A stretch of 51,694 nt of DNA, from IMG/VR virus record IMGVR_UViG_3300030376_002336, positions 1 through 51,694 of that record. One strand, written 5' to 3'. The translations under genes and the position numbers were made by a program. The notes under the pieces were generated by a model, which had not been told where the DNA came from, searched no databases, and worked only from the letters and a program-made list of their open reading frames with translations. This DNA comes from a virus (taxonomy: Duplodnaviria > Caudoviricetes). This document shows, piece by piece, positions 1-10,405 of this stretch. Within the stretch, counting starts at the first letter, position 1. Each line of letters starts with the position of its first letter.

Positions 1-3000
1 GAAGCAGCAGCAGATGTAGAAGATACTCTTAATAATATGGGTATAGAAGTGGAATTACCACAGACTAATAATACTCCAATGCTTAATGCTTTACTAGAAA
101 GAAAATATAGAAAGTATGCTGCAAGTGCTGCTATAATGGGTGACCCAGTATTATCTTTTGAGAAATGGAGAAATACAGAAGAAGGAATTAATTTGCAAAA
201 TGGTTTTAATGCAGTTAAAAAAATCTGGGCTGCTGGTGGAATGACCAATAATCCTGATACTCAACAACCAGAGTATGTAAGCCCTTTAAGTAGGGAGCAA
301 ATACTATCAGAAAATGGATTTCAAGAATGGTCACAAAGCAGAGAAACAATAGAAAGTCCTGATGTAAAAAGAGTATTAGATCAATTAAATCTTACGCTAG
401 CTGATATATTTATACAGCCAGATGTAGTAGGTGATGAAGGATCTGCAGTATTAGGTGACCAAAAGAAAAAAGTAAAATTAAAAGGATCAACAGCTGCTAT
501 TATTCAAATTGATACAGTAGATATAAATACAGGAGAAGCAGTTACATATTATAAGGTTACTGACTTGCAAGGAAATAATCTTTCTAAACAGTTGTTAGAC
601 TTTTTAACAGCAAAAAACAAGACTCACAGTTTTGGATCTTTTAGAACATTAGGTGCTGCTAAAGATGCATTTAAGATTATAGAAGCTACTGCACCAGACA
701 CAACAGTTTTTCCTTTTGATAATGTAGAAGGTTTGAGTCAAGGGATGATAGTTTATAAAGACAATGAACCATATATCATTTTAAGCAATCCTGGTGAGGC
801 AGCAAGAGGATATTTAAAAGTTATACCAGCTGCATTAAATACACCAAACAAAAAAGAATTAAAGAGCAATACTATTACTTTAAAAGAAGGAGAGTTTAAA
901 GGTGTATATGCTCCACAAAAATTAGACACTACAAGATTAAATGCTAATGTAGCAAGGATAGATGTTAATGAACCTATAACACCATATAAAGCAGTTAATG
1001 AAGGAGAAGGTTCTGGATCAAATGGAACTGCAGAAGCAAGATACAATGTTATTATATCAGCATTATCAAAAGATGATTTAGCAAACTTAGAGTACGTTAT
1101 CACTGTACCTGAGAATAGTGGAGAAGTAAGTACTAGACAATTTAGTATAGTAGGTAAAGATGGTCAAACATATTTGTCACCTAACCCACTTATAAGACTT
1201 GCAACAAGTAAGTATCAAATAGGGATAAGAGTTAAAGATCCAGCTGCACAAGAAAAAATATATCAAGCATTAACAAAAGCTAATCTAGCTCCTAACACTA
1301 ATCCAGGAGGTTTCTTTGCATTCTTAAATAATCAGTATGTTGTAATGGAAGACATGCAGGGTAACCCTGTAGATCCACGTAGTATGACTGAAGAGCAAAT
1401 GCTTAATACTATATATCCAGGCGGTGTACAAAACATGTCTAATAAAGAGCTGTTAGATCTAGTTCATAATAACTTTGCATTAAATGCTTTAATAGTAAAT
1501 GAATTAGACTCATTAAACTTGACAGTTGAAAGTGAGCCATATGTATTTGAAAAAGGCTTTGGTAAGTTTGGACTTAAAGTACAAGGTGGTAGAGTAGCTT
1601 ATCCAAAAGGAGCACAAGCAGCAAGAAGTGTAAATGATTTAATGTTTACTGACTCAGATTTAAATGGTGGTGTTCTTATATATGATATGAAGTATGATGA
1701 GAACACTGGAAAAAGAACTGTTCAAACTGTAACTAATTTAGAAGGTGATGCACAAGCTAGATTAAGAGCAGATGTAAAACAGGGCCTTTTAGAGCAAGGG
1801 TTATACAATCAAATGTTAAATGGTACTGATAGATATTATGTAATTATCAAACTACCTAATGGTACTTATGCACCTGTAAATGTTAAATCTAATAGACTTA
1901 CTACTCTTGAGATAAGTGAATTATATAATGAGGTTATTGAGAGAGCTCAATTAACTTTAAAAGATAATGCTAAAGGAGAAGATGTTTTATTTAATGATAA
2001 ATGGAATGAAGACTTAGGCAATAGATTATTTATAAGTAATAAGCCAGGTTATATTATTGACTTAGAGGTAAGCCCTTATGGTAAACCACAGTTTGTACTA
2101 AAAAAGAAATTAGGCAAAGATAATATTGAAGAGATTGCTAGAGTTGAGTTAGATAAAGATAAAGTAAGAGATAAAGAGTTATCTTCAGATCAAAAGATTC
2201 AGTCTCTTATTAATGACTTTAATAATGATGAAGCGGTAAAAGGAGAAGCAGTAAAAATTTCAGCAGGTAATTTAAGACAATCATTTGCAGATGGTGCACC
2301 AGTAGAAGAAATACTAGCAAAAACCAGCACTTCTGTTTTACCTAATGTTATTGAACAACAAAAATTAAGAGTAACTGCTGATGCAGTAGCTATAGAAGCT
2401 TCAAAACAAATTGCATTTATTAATCCTACAAAACCAGAAGATGTTAAACCTCAACCAAATCCTACTAATGAAGAATTAGGAGATGCAGGTTTAGAAGGGT
2501 TAACAGATGAGGAGTTTGAAGAATTAGTATCTGAAGATTTTGAAAGTGTTAATAATGAATTTTTACAACCTGTAGTTAACAAACTACTAAGAGGTATAGA
2601 TTTAAATACTAGAGAGCAAGCTGTGTTTAAAGCTTTAGAGTCTAAGATAGAGCTATTAGTTTTAAATCAAGGAGGTAGAAATAGTTTGGCAGAAGCAACA
2701 GAAGTTGTAGAGAGCCCTTTACAAAGAGCTAAAGATGAATTAGATCTATATAAAGAAGAATTACTTGAGGGTGTTCCTTTTAAACAACATGCTAAAACAT
2801 TAAAAGCAAGTAAAGAATATCAAAGACTGCTTAAGAATTACAAAGACTTAGCAAGGATTGCTAATAAAATATTAGAATCAAGTAGAACTCCACAAGAAGT
2901 TGAAGACATTGATACATTTATTGATTGGGCAAGAGTTAATTTACCTGATTATATTTCTGTTGAAAGTTTGCAAAACCTACAAGATAACTTCCAAAGTACT

Positions 3001-6000
3001 AACCAGCGTGTGGGTGCCTTTATGTTAAACATGAGTCACATAGGTAATGGTGTTGAGGGAACTATTTTTACAAGTGCCGTTTCACCATTTAAATATCATG
3101 AGGCTTTCCATGGTGTATTTAGAATGTTACTTACTCAAGAAGAGATAGTAAAATACCGTTCTATAGCTAGAAAAGAAGTTAGAGCTAAGCTTAGAGCAGA
3201 AGGTAAAAGCTTTAAAAAAGAATTAGAAATATTCAGAAACTCAGCTAGTACATATACTAATATGACTGAGAAGGAATTACAAAATGAATATTATGAAGAG
3301 TACCTTGCAGATGAGTTTGAGAAGTTTAAGATGGACCCAAAGAGCACTAATGTGGATGCTGAAGTTAAGTCTTTGTTCACTAGATTTATTGAATGGATTA
3401 AATCTTTATTCAATAATGTTGCACAAGACGAGCTTCAAATCTTATTTAAGAACATTGATTCTGGGAAATACCAACAAGCACAAGTAGCTAAAAATGAATT
3501 TACTGCAGCTCTGAATGCTGGCCCTATAGTAGCTAATGCATTATTACCATATAGTAGTGAGCAGGTTCAGGATGCAACAGGTAGAGTAAGAACTGGAGTA
3601 CTATATCTAAATAGTGATATAGCAAACCCTATGATAGGAAGCATGGCTGCAATGTTCTTATCTAGAGTAAGACAAATAGAAGGTGAGTATAATCCTAAAG
3701 AAGTATTAGATACATTAATTGAAGACTTCCAAAACTTATACAATCCTAGAAATCCTTCTAATGAATCATTAACAGAAGAACAACTTGCAGAGTTAGAGTC
3801 TATCCAGGATGCATTTAACATTTATCCAGAAGAAATAACTAAAGCTGTTGTAGCACAATTAAATACTATTGGAACACAAGTTGATGAAGAGCAATTTACA
3901 ATGGATGAGTTTGAAGATTCTACAGGAATTAGAACAACTACTCAATATGGTAAAGATGCATCATTGTCTGGTGGTTTTAATTCTTTATCTACTTTCCTAA
4001 GAGGCTATATAGCTACAACTAACCTTGAAGCTAATGAGCAAGGTGAGGTTATGGATTTATATGGTAACGTTAGTTTAGAGAGTTCTGATCAAAGATTTGA
4101 CAATCAACCATTAATTATTCCGGTAGATGCACAGTATGCATATAACGCATTACTTAAGGCTGTTAAAAATACAGAAGATACTAAACAAATTTTAGAACAG
4201 ATGTATGCATTTGGAGTTGATAACCCACATGCAGGTGCAGTAGTTAATAGAATTTTAAACCAAGCAGGTATAAGTCCTGAGACACTATTAAGTAATGATC
4301 CATTACCAACTAACTTTGTAATGAAAGATCCTGGCTTCTTGCAAGCAGTAATAAAAGGATTCCAAAACTATAGAGTTAACTACATATTTAATGAAAGAGA
4401 TGAATATGGTAATGTAAGAGTATATTCAGCTGCACAAAGAGATGATATAAATGCTCAATTAGATAAATGGAATCAAGCCTTTATAAGCAAGAAGAAAAGA
4501 TTTAATGACCCTAAAGTAGAAAATCAAATAGAAGTATTACTAGACGGGTTAAGTGATTTGCTATCATCTAAAAAGGCAATAACAAATAAACTGCTTTCTA
4601 AAAAAGCTAATCAATATTCTATAGACTTATTTAACTTGACAGGTATTAAGTTAAGTCCTTTATATATACGCTTTAGTGCACTACAAGACAAACCAACATC
4701 TGTACTAAATGTATCTCAAGCTAGTTTAGTTAGAAATAATGCTGATCAAAAAGGTATAAATAGAGTTGGTATTAATCCTACTGCACAAACAGGACAAGAA
4801 TATGTAACTACAGTAGAACAATTAAGACTTGCTATCCAAACAGGTGCAAATATTTTTAGCACACGTAAAGATGGTATGGCTTCTAGATTATATGAATTGT
4901 CACAAAACAATGCTGCATTTGATGAAACTGTAGGTGCTTCAGTATTTAAAAATCCTAATGGTGATTTAGTATACTCACATCAATTACCTACCTATCACTT
5001 AAAACAAATAAAAGCTTTAAATAACTCTAGCACTTTTGATCAGTTAATACTTGATGATCCTTATTTAGCTAATAACTATTTATTAAATAGCTCAGCTTTT
5101 AGAAACATGTCTAATAAAAACATGATAATTGTTTCTAGAGTAGCCGGAAGTAAATTAGGTAGAGAGTTAACATCAGAAGAAGATTTAAATGATTCTATAA
5201 GTGGTATTAAGTCTACCTCAACTTATGGTGACTTTACTGCTCAAGAGTTTGCAATCAATATGATAAACAACTACACTGCTTTCTTTAATACTAAAAGCAA
5301 TAAAGTAGACCGAGTAGTAGATGCAGAAGGTAATGAAGTAGCTATTGCTCCAGTTCTTATTAGAGTAATGGAAGCTTCTAATACTGGAGACACAATAGGA
5401 TTGCCAGTAATTAAAGCTGTTGAGACAGTAAATGGTGAAGTAGTTATAACTGATACAGCAGTTAATATAGTTGTTAATGAAATTGCAACAGAGTTTGACA
5501 GAATAGTAAGAGAAGGATTAGAACTAAATAATGAATCAAGAAATATAATTGCAGGTTATAATCAGAATGAAAATGGTAGAGCATTTAAATTCCAAAATAA
5601 TAGACTTTCTATTTCTGAAAAACTTAAACAAGATCTAATTGCAGTTGCCTTAGAACAAACTAAAGCTGGTGAGACTATAACTTTAGAGAAGGCATTATCT
5701 TTAATAGATAGCAATATGGCTGCTGTCAGAAAAGAAATAAGAGATAATATTGAAATACAATTTGATGAATTCCAGGATACATTAGATGAGTTAAATGTAA
5801 GAGATCAATTATCTAAATATATTAAAGATGGTTTAACAATAGGACAAGGTGTAGCAAGAAAAGAAACTCTTAAGTCTGCACAACTTCTTAATTTAAATTA
5901 TTTAGAAGAACATAATCTTAAACAAATTTTTATTAATGACTATATAAATACAATATCTATAAACCAAGTGTTATTAGGTGATGAAGCAATGTCATTAAAA

Positions 6001-9000
6001 GATCCTATTGATCAAGTTAAAAGAGCTAAGATGCAGAATGCAGCATATTACAATGCATACAGTTCTTTTTCTGCACCACTACTAGGTGTTCAACACAATG
6101 TAGAAGATATATCTTTAATCACTTTTGAAGAGCCACAGGGTGTTTCAAGCATTACTGGTAATCCAATAGATAAAGCGGATGCTCAGATGTATATAACTAC
6201 TAAGGCATTTAGATACATGAGGTTTGGTTTTGGTAAACTAACTGAAGCGGAAGCTAAACTTATTGATGCTATTGAAAGTGGTCAAACATTACCTGAAGGA
6301 ACATATGATTTAGCTAATAAAATATTTGGTAATGAGCAAGCACCTGTAGGACTAGCAGCTGAACAGAAGTTATTAAACTCTAAAAAATTAGTTTATGGAG
6401 ATGGTAAGACATTCTTAAAGATGTCTGCTTTTGTATTAACTCCTCAGTATACTTCAAACTGGGATGCTGTAAGTGAGCAATGGGTTGCTAAACCTAATAG
6501 AGTAGAACTCCATAACTTAAGAGTTAAACTAGAAGCAATAGAAAAAGGCAAAGAAACTATTAGTATAGCTGCTCCTGTTTCTGCATCTAAAATGATGAAA
6601 CAGAGAATTAATAATATTGAACAGCTTAGAAATACTAATGAGTTTACAGAGGGAGTTACAACGCTAGATGCTAGGAACATGGGTCTACAAGTTCTAAACC
6701 CTAGTAACAAACTAGACATTATAGATCCTACACAGATTAAAGAAATCTTAACAGCAGAACAAGATGATAGTGTATTTGTAGAAGGATTGGGTATGACTGT
6801 TGGTGAAATAAGAAAAGCATATAATGATGCTGTGTCAAAAAGAGTAGAGTTAAAGTTTAAAAATAGAAGAAACTTAATATTTACATTAGGTACAGCACTA
6901 GATGAATTAGCAGTTTCAAGTGAGTCAGGAATGATTACTCCTAATCTTGAGGCATTCTTACAATATGCTATGAATAGTCTTAAGGCTTCACAGTCTAATG
7001 AAACACTTATAGATTTCTTTTCATCAACAAACGGAATACAAAACTATGATCTTAATAATCCAATAACAGTAAAGAAGTTTGAGCAATTATTCTTAAGCTA
7101 CTTTAGTAAAGGTACTTTATCAGAAAGAGCACCAGGGGTTTCATTAACATTAGTATCTGACTTTGGCAATAATGTATATAGAAGAGTATATGAAGTAGAT
7201 GCAAATGGAGTACCAGTAAGATCTGAGGTAATTAGAGAAAAAGTATTTGAAAAGAATCCTGAACCTTTAGTTGAACTTGACTCATTAGTTGAAGGAGAAC
7301 ATAATGGTGTGGTTGTATTAGATAGATTAAGAACCGGGTTGATGGAATATACAAACCCTAAAGACAAGAGTACTGCTACAGGTCAGAGATACACAGAATT
7401 CATGATGCCTGCTCATCACAAAGAAGTAATGGAGCTGGTAGAAGATGGCAGCATGTCAATGCCAGAAGCAATAAGTAAATTATTTGGAGTAAGAATTCCT
7501 ACTCAAGATAATCATTCTGCTATAGCTATGAAACTAGTAGACTTTATGCCTGCTTACTATGGATCTAGTGCAATGTTTTCACAAGAACTAGTAGAAGTAT
7601 CAGGAGCAGATTTTGATATTGATAAAGTGTTTGCATTAATAAAAGAGTTTTATGTTAAAGACGGAAAGTTTGTAGAGTATAAACAAGAAGGTAACTATGA
7701 TGAATACTTTAGATACATAAATGAAAGAGTAGTAAAATCAGGAAGTGTTTATGCTGAAGCAGCAAACCTATGGGATGAAGAATCATCTGCATCTAAAACT
7801 CCTATAACTCTTTCTGAAGAGAATAGTGTTACTGATGCTGGGTTAAGTGAAAGAGGTTTACAAGCCTTAAAAGTATTAGGTCTTCCTATAACTAAAGCAC
7901 AGTACAAATTATATGTAGCTAAACACGGTGTTCCTTATGATGCACCACTAAATAATAAACTTGTAGATCTTAAGTATGCTTTAGTATCTAACAAAGGTGT
8001 AACTGAAAACAAAGATGGAGTTCCTATTTCTTATGAGTCAGCAAATACTGATGTATTAAATGATTTATTAGTTGAGTTAGCAAATGAATCACAGTACTTT
8101 AAAGATAAGTTAGAAGAAAATGTATCAGACATTAATAACTTAAACGGTAAGATACTTGCTTTTAAAGCTAATAAAGGTGCATCTATTGGTGCGTTTGTAT
8201 TGCCTAACTTGTATTTAAGTTTATTAACTGAATATAAAGCTACTTTAAAATCTCCAGTTAGAGTTAATGGTAAGTCTTATGCCAAATACGGAGTTACAGT
8301 AATGGAGAGTGGTGATAGAAAACAAGATATTAATTCTTCTTTAGTTACTGCAGCAACAGATAATGCTAAAGACCGTTTAATAGGTAAGTTTGGTTTAAAT
8401 AGAAATGCAGCTTCTGTATTAATGAATATGATTGCTTTAGGTATTCCATTAAAGACGGGAGTATTACTTCTTAATAATCCAAAAATACAAGAGCTTTATG
8501 ATACAGCCATAAACAAAAATGATCAGTTTGATGCAGGTATTATTTCTTTAGTTGATGCTGAGATAGGAGATTCCAAAGATAAAGCTATGGTAACAGATAA
8601 AATGTTATTAGGAGCTATAAATGGTGAAACAGTAAATGAAACAGCTATCTTAAAGTTGTTTAAGAAAGTCTTAGGGATTACTCAATTTACAGGTAACATG
8701 GGAGCTGTAACTGGACTTACTAAAGGATTAGGTAAAAGTATTGTAGATGTAAATACAAAAGCAGAAAGCATTGAGAAACTAATGAGCAAAGAGGCTCCAA
8801 TAGATTTATATAATATTTATAAAGGAAAAACATTCCAGAATACATATTTAAAAATCTTCTATCAAATTAAAGAAAAACTTCTACCTAGCACTTTCTTAAC
8901 AGCTAGTCCAGAGTTTAATAAAATATCCAATGAAGTATTTGCACAACTTGGTGTAGATAGTATAGAGTTTACAGAAGAAGTAAAAGACAAAGTTAGATTA

Positions 9001-10398
9001 GACATTTTATCTTACTTAACTATTAAGGCATATGATAATCATATGATGAATAATAATAGTAGAAAGGTAGCTACACTAAATAATCAGTTGTTATATCCAT
9101 CACAAGATAGTGAGTCTATTGTAGATGTAGCAGAAAGATTATTAGAATGGGCAGAGATTAATGATCCTAACAACTTCTTTATTATGAATTTCTTAGATAT
9201 TACTAAGTCTGATAATATAGATAACTCAAGCGGTTTAAATTTAGCTATGGCTAATACGTTTAGAAACATTAGCTCCTCTCAAAAATTAGATTTAGTAAAT
9301 GACTTTAATAAATTATATACTAATGTGCAGACTAAAGATGATGCACAAGCAGTAATAAATTATATAATGGTTAAAGATGGATTGCAGTTAGGGTATGGTT
9401 CATTATTATCAGCTATAGCACCACAAGTATTAAATGATTATTTAAATGAAGTTGAGTCAGTAAGAAAGACTTTGGAAGGTGAGATAACATTTGATACTAC
9501 ATTTGGTATGACTAGAGATGAATTACTAGAAGAATTTAAGGAAGGATATTTATCATCTAATATCACTGGTCCACTATTAGTAAACTATAGTAGAAGTGAG
9601 ATTCAACAGTTGCCAAAGAATGTACGTTTAAAAGGAAATGTTTTAACTGTTACATATAAATTAGATCAAGAAGTAAAAGATTACATTAGAATTGCTAATG
9701 AATCAGAGCTTGGAGGTACAACATATAAAACATATAAAATAGACCCTGATCAAACAGCATTAAGTAGAACATATAGTGAGATTGAAACTCTTGGTTCTAA
9801 TCAACAAACACCAATTGGTTTTATGTTTAACACTGCAGAATTTAATAGACCTACTTATAAAGATAATAGAGCATATGTAAAAACTAAAAACGGTCAAACT
9901 ACACAAGACAGGTTGATTGATAATATAGGTATTCCTGATGCAAGGCTTGTAGAAGATGCGTTACAAAGTGAAGACAATAATATTGAAGCAACTGATAAGG
10001 GTATAGAAGTTAATGGTATTAATGTAGCAGATACAGATGCTTTATTAAAAGGGTTATTAGATAATAGTCAAGATGTAGAAGATCAGGTTATTGCTGCTAA
10101 TAATCTAGAAGATGTAGAGAACAACTTACCAAATATAGATGTAAATGAGCAAGGGCAATATGCAATATTTTTTGAGGAAGCTACTGATGAATCAGCACAA
10201 TTTCCTTATCTTTCTAATGGTTATGATATGCTAATGAGTAATAACCTTAACAAGCCAATCATGCTTGAAAACAATTTGTTTCCGTTAAGTAAGATGATTG
10301 CAGAATATAATGATAACTTTGTCAAAGATTCATCTAAGACAGAACAAGAAAATCAAGAAGCATTTTTAGATCAATTAAAATGTTTAGGTTTAAAATAA
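1..10398 (+). CDS. Giant virion-packaged RNA polymerase (crAss-like, two-barrel) with zincin-like domain; probably 5'-truncated by the window
   Basis: Catalytic motif SGADFDIDK (DFDID at 7609-7623) preceded by GVRIPTQ. HEAFH (HExxH) at 3097-3111 followed by EEYLADEF. Length over 3450 aa. Frame is open from position 1 (EAAADVEDTLNN before Met at 37). Confidence 0.9.
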   Translation, partial: EAAADVEDTLNNMGIEVELPQTNNTPMLNALLERKYRKYAASAAIMGDPVLSFEKWRNTEEGINLQNGFNAVKKIWAAGGMTNNPDTQQPEYVSPLSREQILSENGFQEWSQSRETIESPDVKRVLDQLNLTLADIFIQPDVVGDEGSAVLGDQKKKVKLKGSTAAIIQIDTVDINTGEAVTYYKVTDLQGNNLSKQLLDFLTAKNKTHSFGSFRTLGAAKDAFKIIEATAPDTTVFPFDNVEGLSQGMIVYKDNEPYIILSNPGEAARGYLKVIPAALNTPNKKELKSNTITLKEGEFKGVYAPQKLDTTRLNANVARIDVNEPITPYKAVNEGEGSGSNGTAEARYNVIISALSKDDLANLEYVITVPENSGEVSTRQFSIVGKDGQTYLSPNPLIRLATSKYQIGIRVKDPAAQEKIYQALTKANLAPNTNPGGFFAFLNNQYVVMEDMQGNPVDPRSMTEEQMLNTIYPGGVQNMSNKELLDLVHNNFALNALIVNELDSLNLTVESEPYVFEKGFGKFGLKVQGGRVAYPKGAQAARSVNDLMFTDSDLNGGVLIYDMKYDENTGKRTVQTVTNLEGDAQARLRADVKQGLLEQGLYNQMLNGTDRYYVIIKLPNGTYAPVNVKSNRLTTLEISELYNEVIERAQLTLKDNAKGEDVLFNDKWNEDLGNRLFISNKPGYIIDLEVSPYGKPQFVLKKKLGKDNIEEIARVELDKDKVRDKELSSDQKIQSLINDFNNDEAVKGEAVKISAGNLRQSFADGAPVEEILAKTSTSVLPNVIEQQKLRVTADAVAIEASKQIAFINPTKPEDVKPQPNPTNEELGDAGLEGLTDEEFEELVSEDFESVNNEFLQPVVNKLLRGIDLNTREQAVFKALESKIELLVLNQGGRNSLAEATEVVESPLQRAKDELDLYKEELLEGVPFKQHAKTLKASKEYQRLLKNYKDLARIANKILESSRTPQEVEDIDTFIDWARVNLPDYISVESLQNLQDNFQSTNQRVGAFMLNMSHIGNGVEGTIFTSAVSPFKYHEAFHGVFRMLLTQEEIVKYRSIARKEVRAKLRAEGKSFKKELEIFRNSASTYTNMTEKELQNEYYEEYLADEFEKFKMDPKSTNVDAEVKSLFTRFIEWIKSLFNNVAQDELQILFKNIDSGKYQQAQVAKNEFTAALNAGPIVANALLPYSSEQVQDATGRVRTGVLYLNSDIANPMIGSMAAMFLSRVRQIEGEYNPKEVLDTLIEDFQNLYNPRNPSNESLTEEQLAELESIQDAFNIYPEEITKAVVAQLNTIGTQVDEEQFTMDEFEDSTGIRTTTQYGKDASLSGGFNSLSTFLRGYIATTNLEANEQGEVMDLYGNVSLESSDQRFDNQPLIIPVDAQYAYNALLKAVKNTEDTKQILEQMYAFGVDNPHAGAVVNRILNQAGISPETLLSNDPLPTNFVMKDPGFLQAVIKGFQNYRVNYIFNERDEYGNVRVYSAAQRDDINAQLDKWNQAFISKKKRFNDPKVENQIEVLLDGLSDLLSSKKAITNKLLSKKANQYSIDLFNLTGIKLSPLYIRFSALQDKPTSVLNVSQASLVRNNADQKGINRVGINPTAQTGQEYVTTVEQLRLAIQTGANIFSTRKDGMASRLYELSQNNAAFDETVGASVFKNPNGDLVYSHQLPTYHLKQIKALNNSSTFDQLILDDPYLANNYLLNSSAFRNMSNKNMIIVSRVAGSKLGRELTSEEDLNDSISGIKSTSTYGDFTAQEFAINMINNYTAFFNTKSNKVDRVVDAEGNEVAIAPVLIRVMEASNTGDTIGLPVIKAVETVNGEVVITDTAVNIVVNEIATEFDRIVREGLELNNESRNIIAGYNQNENGRAFKFQNNRLSISEKLKQDLIAVALEQTKAGETITLEKALSLIDSNMAAVRKEIRDNIEIQFDEFQDTLDELNVRDQLSKYIKDGLTIGQGVARKETLKSAQLLNLNYLEEHNLKQIFINDYINTISINQVLLGDEAMSLKDPIDQVKRAKMQNAAYYNAYSSFSAPLLGVQHNVEDISLITFEEPQGVSSITGNPIDKADAQMYITTKAFRYMRFGFGKLTEAEAKLIDAIESGQTLPEGTYDLANKIFGNEQAPVGLAAEQKLLNSKKLVYGDGKTFLKMSAFVLTPQYTSNWDAVSEQWVAKPNRVELHNLRVKLEAIEKGKETISIAAPVSASKMMKQRINNIEQLRNTNEFTEGVTTLDARNMGLQVLNPSNKLDIIDPTQIKEILTAEQDDSVFVEGLGMTVGEIRKAYNDAVSKRVELKFKNRRNLIFTLGTALDELAVSSESGMITPNLEAFLQYAMNSLKASQSNETLIDFFSSTNGIQNYDLNNPITVKKFEQLFLSYFSKGTLSERAPGVSLTLVSDFGNNVYRRVYEVDANGVPVRSEVIREKVFEKNPEPLVELDSLVEGEHNGVVVLDRLRTGLMEYTNPKDKSTATGQRYTEFMMPAHHKEVMELVEDGSMSMPEAISKLFGVRIPTQDNHSAIAMKLVDFMPAYYGSSAMFSQELVEVSGADFDIDKVFALIKEFYVKDGKFVEYKQEGNYDEYFRYINERVVKSGSVYAEAANLWDEESSASKTPITLSEENSVTDAGLSERGLQALKVLGLPITKAQYKLYVAKHGVPYDAPLNNKLVDLKYALVSNKGVTENKDGVPISYESANTDVLNDLLVELANESQYFKDKLEENVSDINNLNGKILAFKANKGASIGAFVLPNLYLSLLTEYKATLKSPVRVNGKSYAKYGVTVMESGDRKQDINSSLVTAATDNAKDRLIGKFGLNRNAASVLMNMIALGIPLKTGVLLLNNPKIQELYDTAINKNDQFDAGIISLVDAEIGDSKDKAMVTDKMLLGAINGETVNETAILKLFKKVLGITQFTGNMGAVTGLTKGLGKSIVDVNTKAESIEKLMSKEAPIDLYNIYKGKTFQNTYLKIFYQIKEKLLPSTFLTASPEFNKISNEVFAQLGVDSIEFTEEVKDKVRLDILSYLTIKAYDNHMMNNNSRKVATLNNQLLYPSQDSESIVDVAERLLEWAEINDPNNFFIMNFLDITKSDNIDNSSGLNLAMANTFRNISSSQKLDLVNDFNKLYTNVQTKDDAQAVINYIMVKDGLQLGYGSLLSAIAPQVLNDYLNEVESVRKTLEGEITFDTTFGMTRDELLEEFKEGYLSSNITGPLLVNYSRSEIQQLPKNVRLKGNVLTVTYKLDQEVKDYIRIANESELGGTTYKTYKIDPDQTALSRTYSEIETLGSNQQTPIGFMFNTAEFNRPTYKDNRAYVKTKNGQTTQDRLIDNIGIPDARLVEDALQSEDNNIEATDKGIEVNGINVADTDALLKGLLDNSQDVEDQVIAANNLEDVENNLPNIDVNEQGQYAIFFEEATDESAQFPYLSNGYDMLMSNNLNKPIMLENNLFPLSKMIAEYNDNFVKDSSKTEQENQEAFLDQLKCLGLK

Positions 10399-10405
10399 TA
10401 TAGAT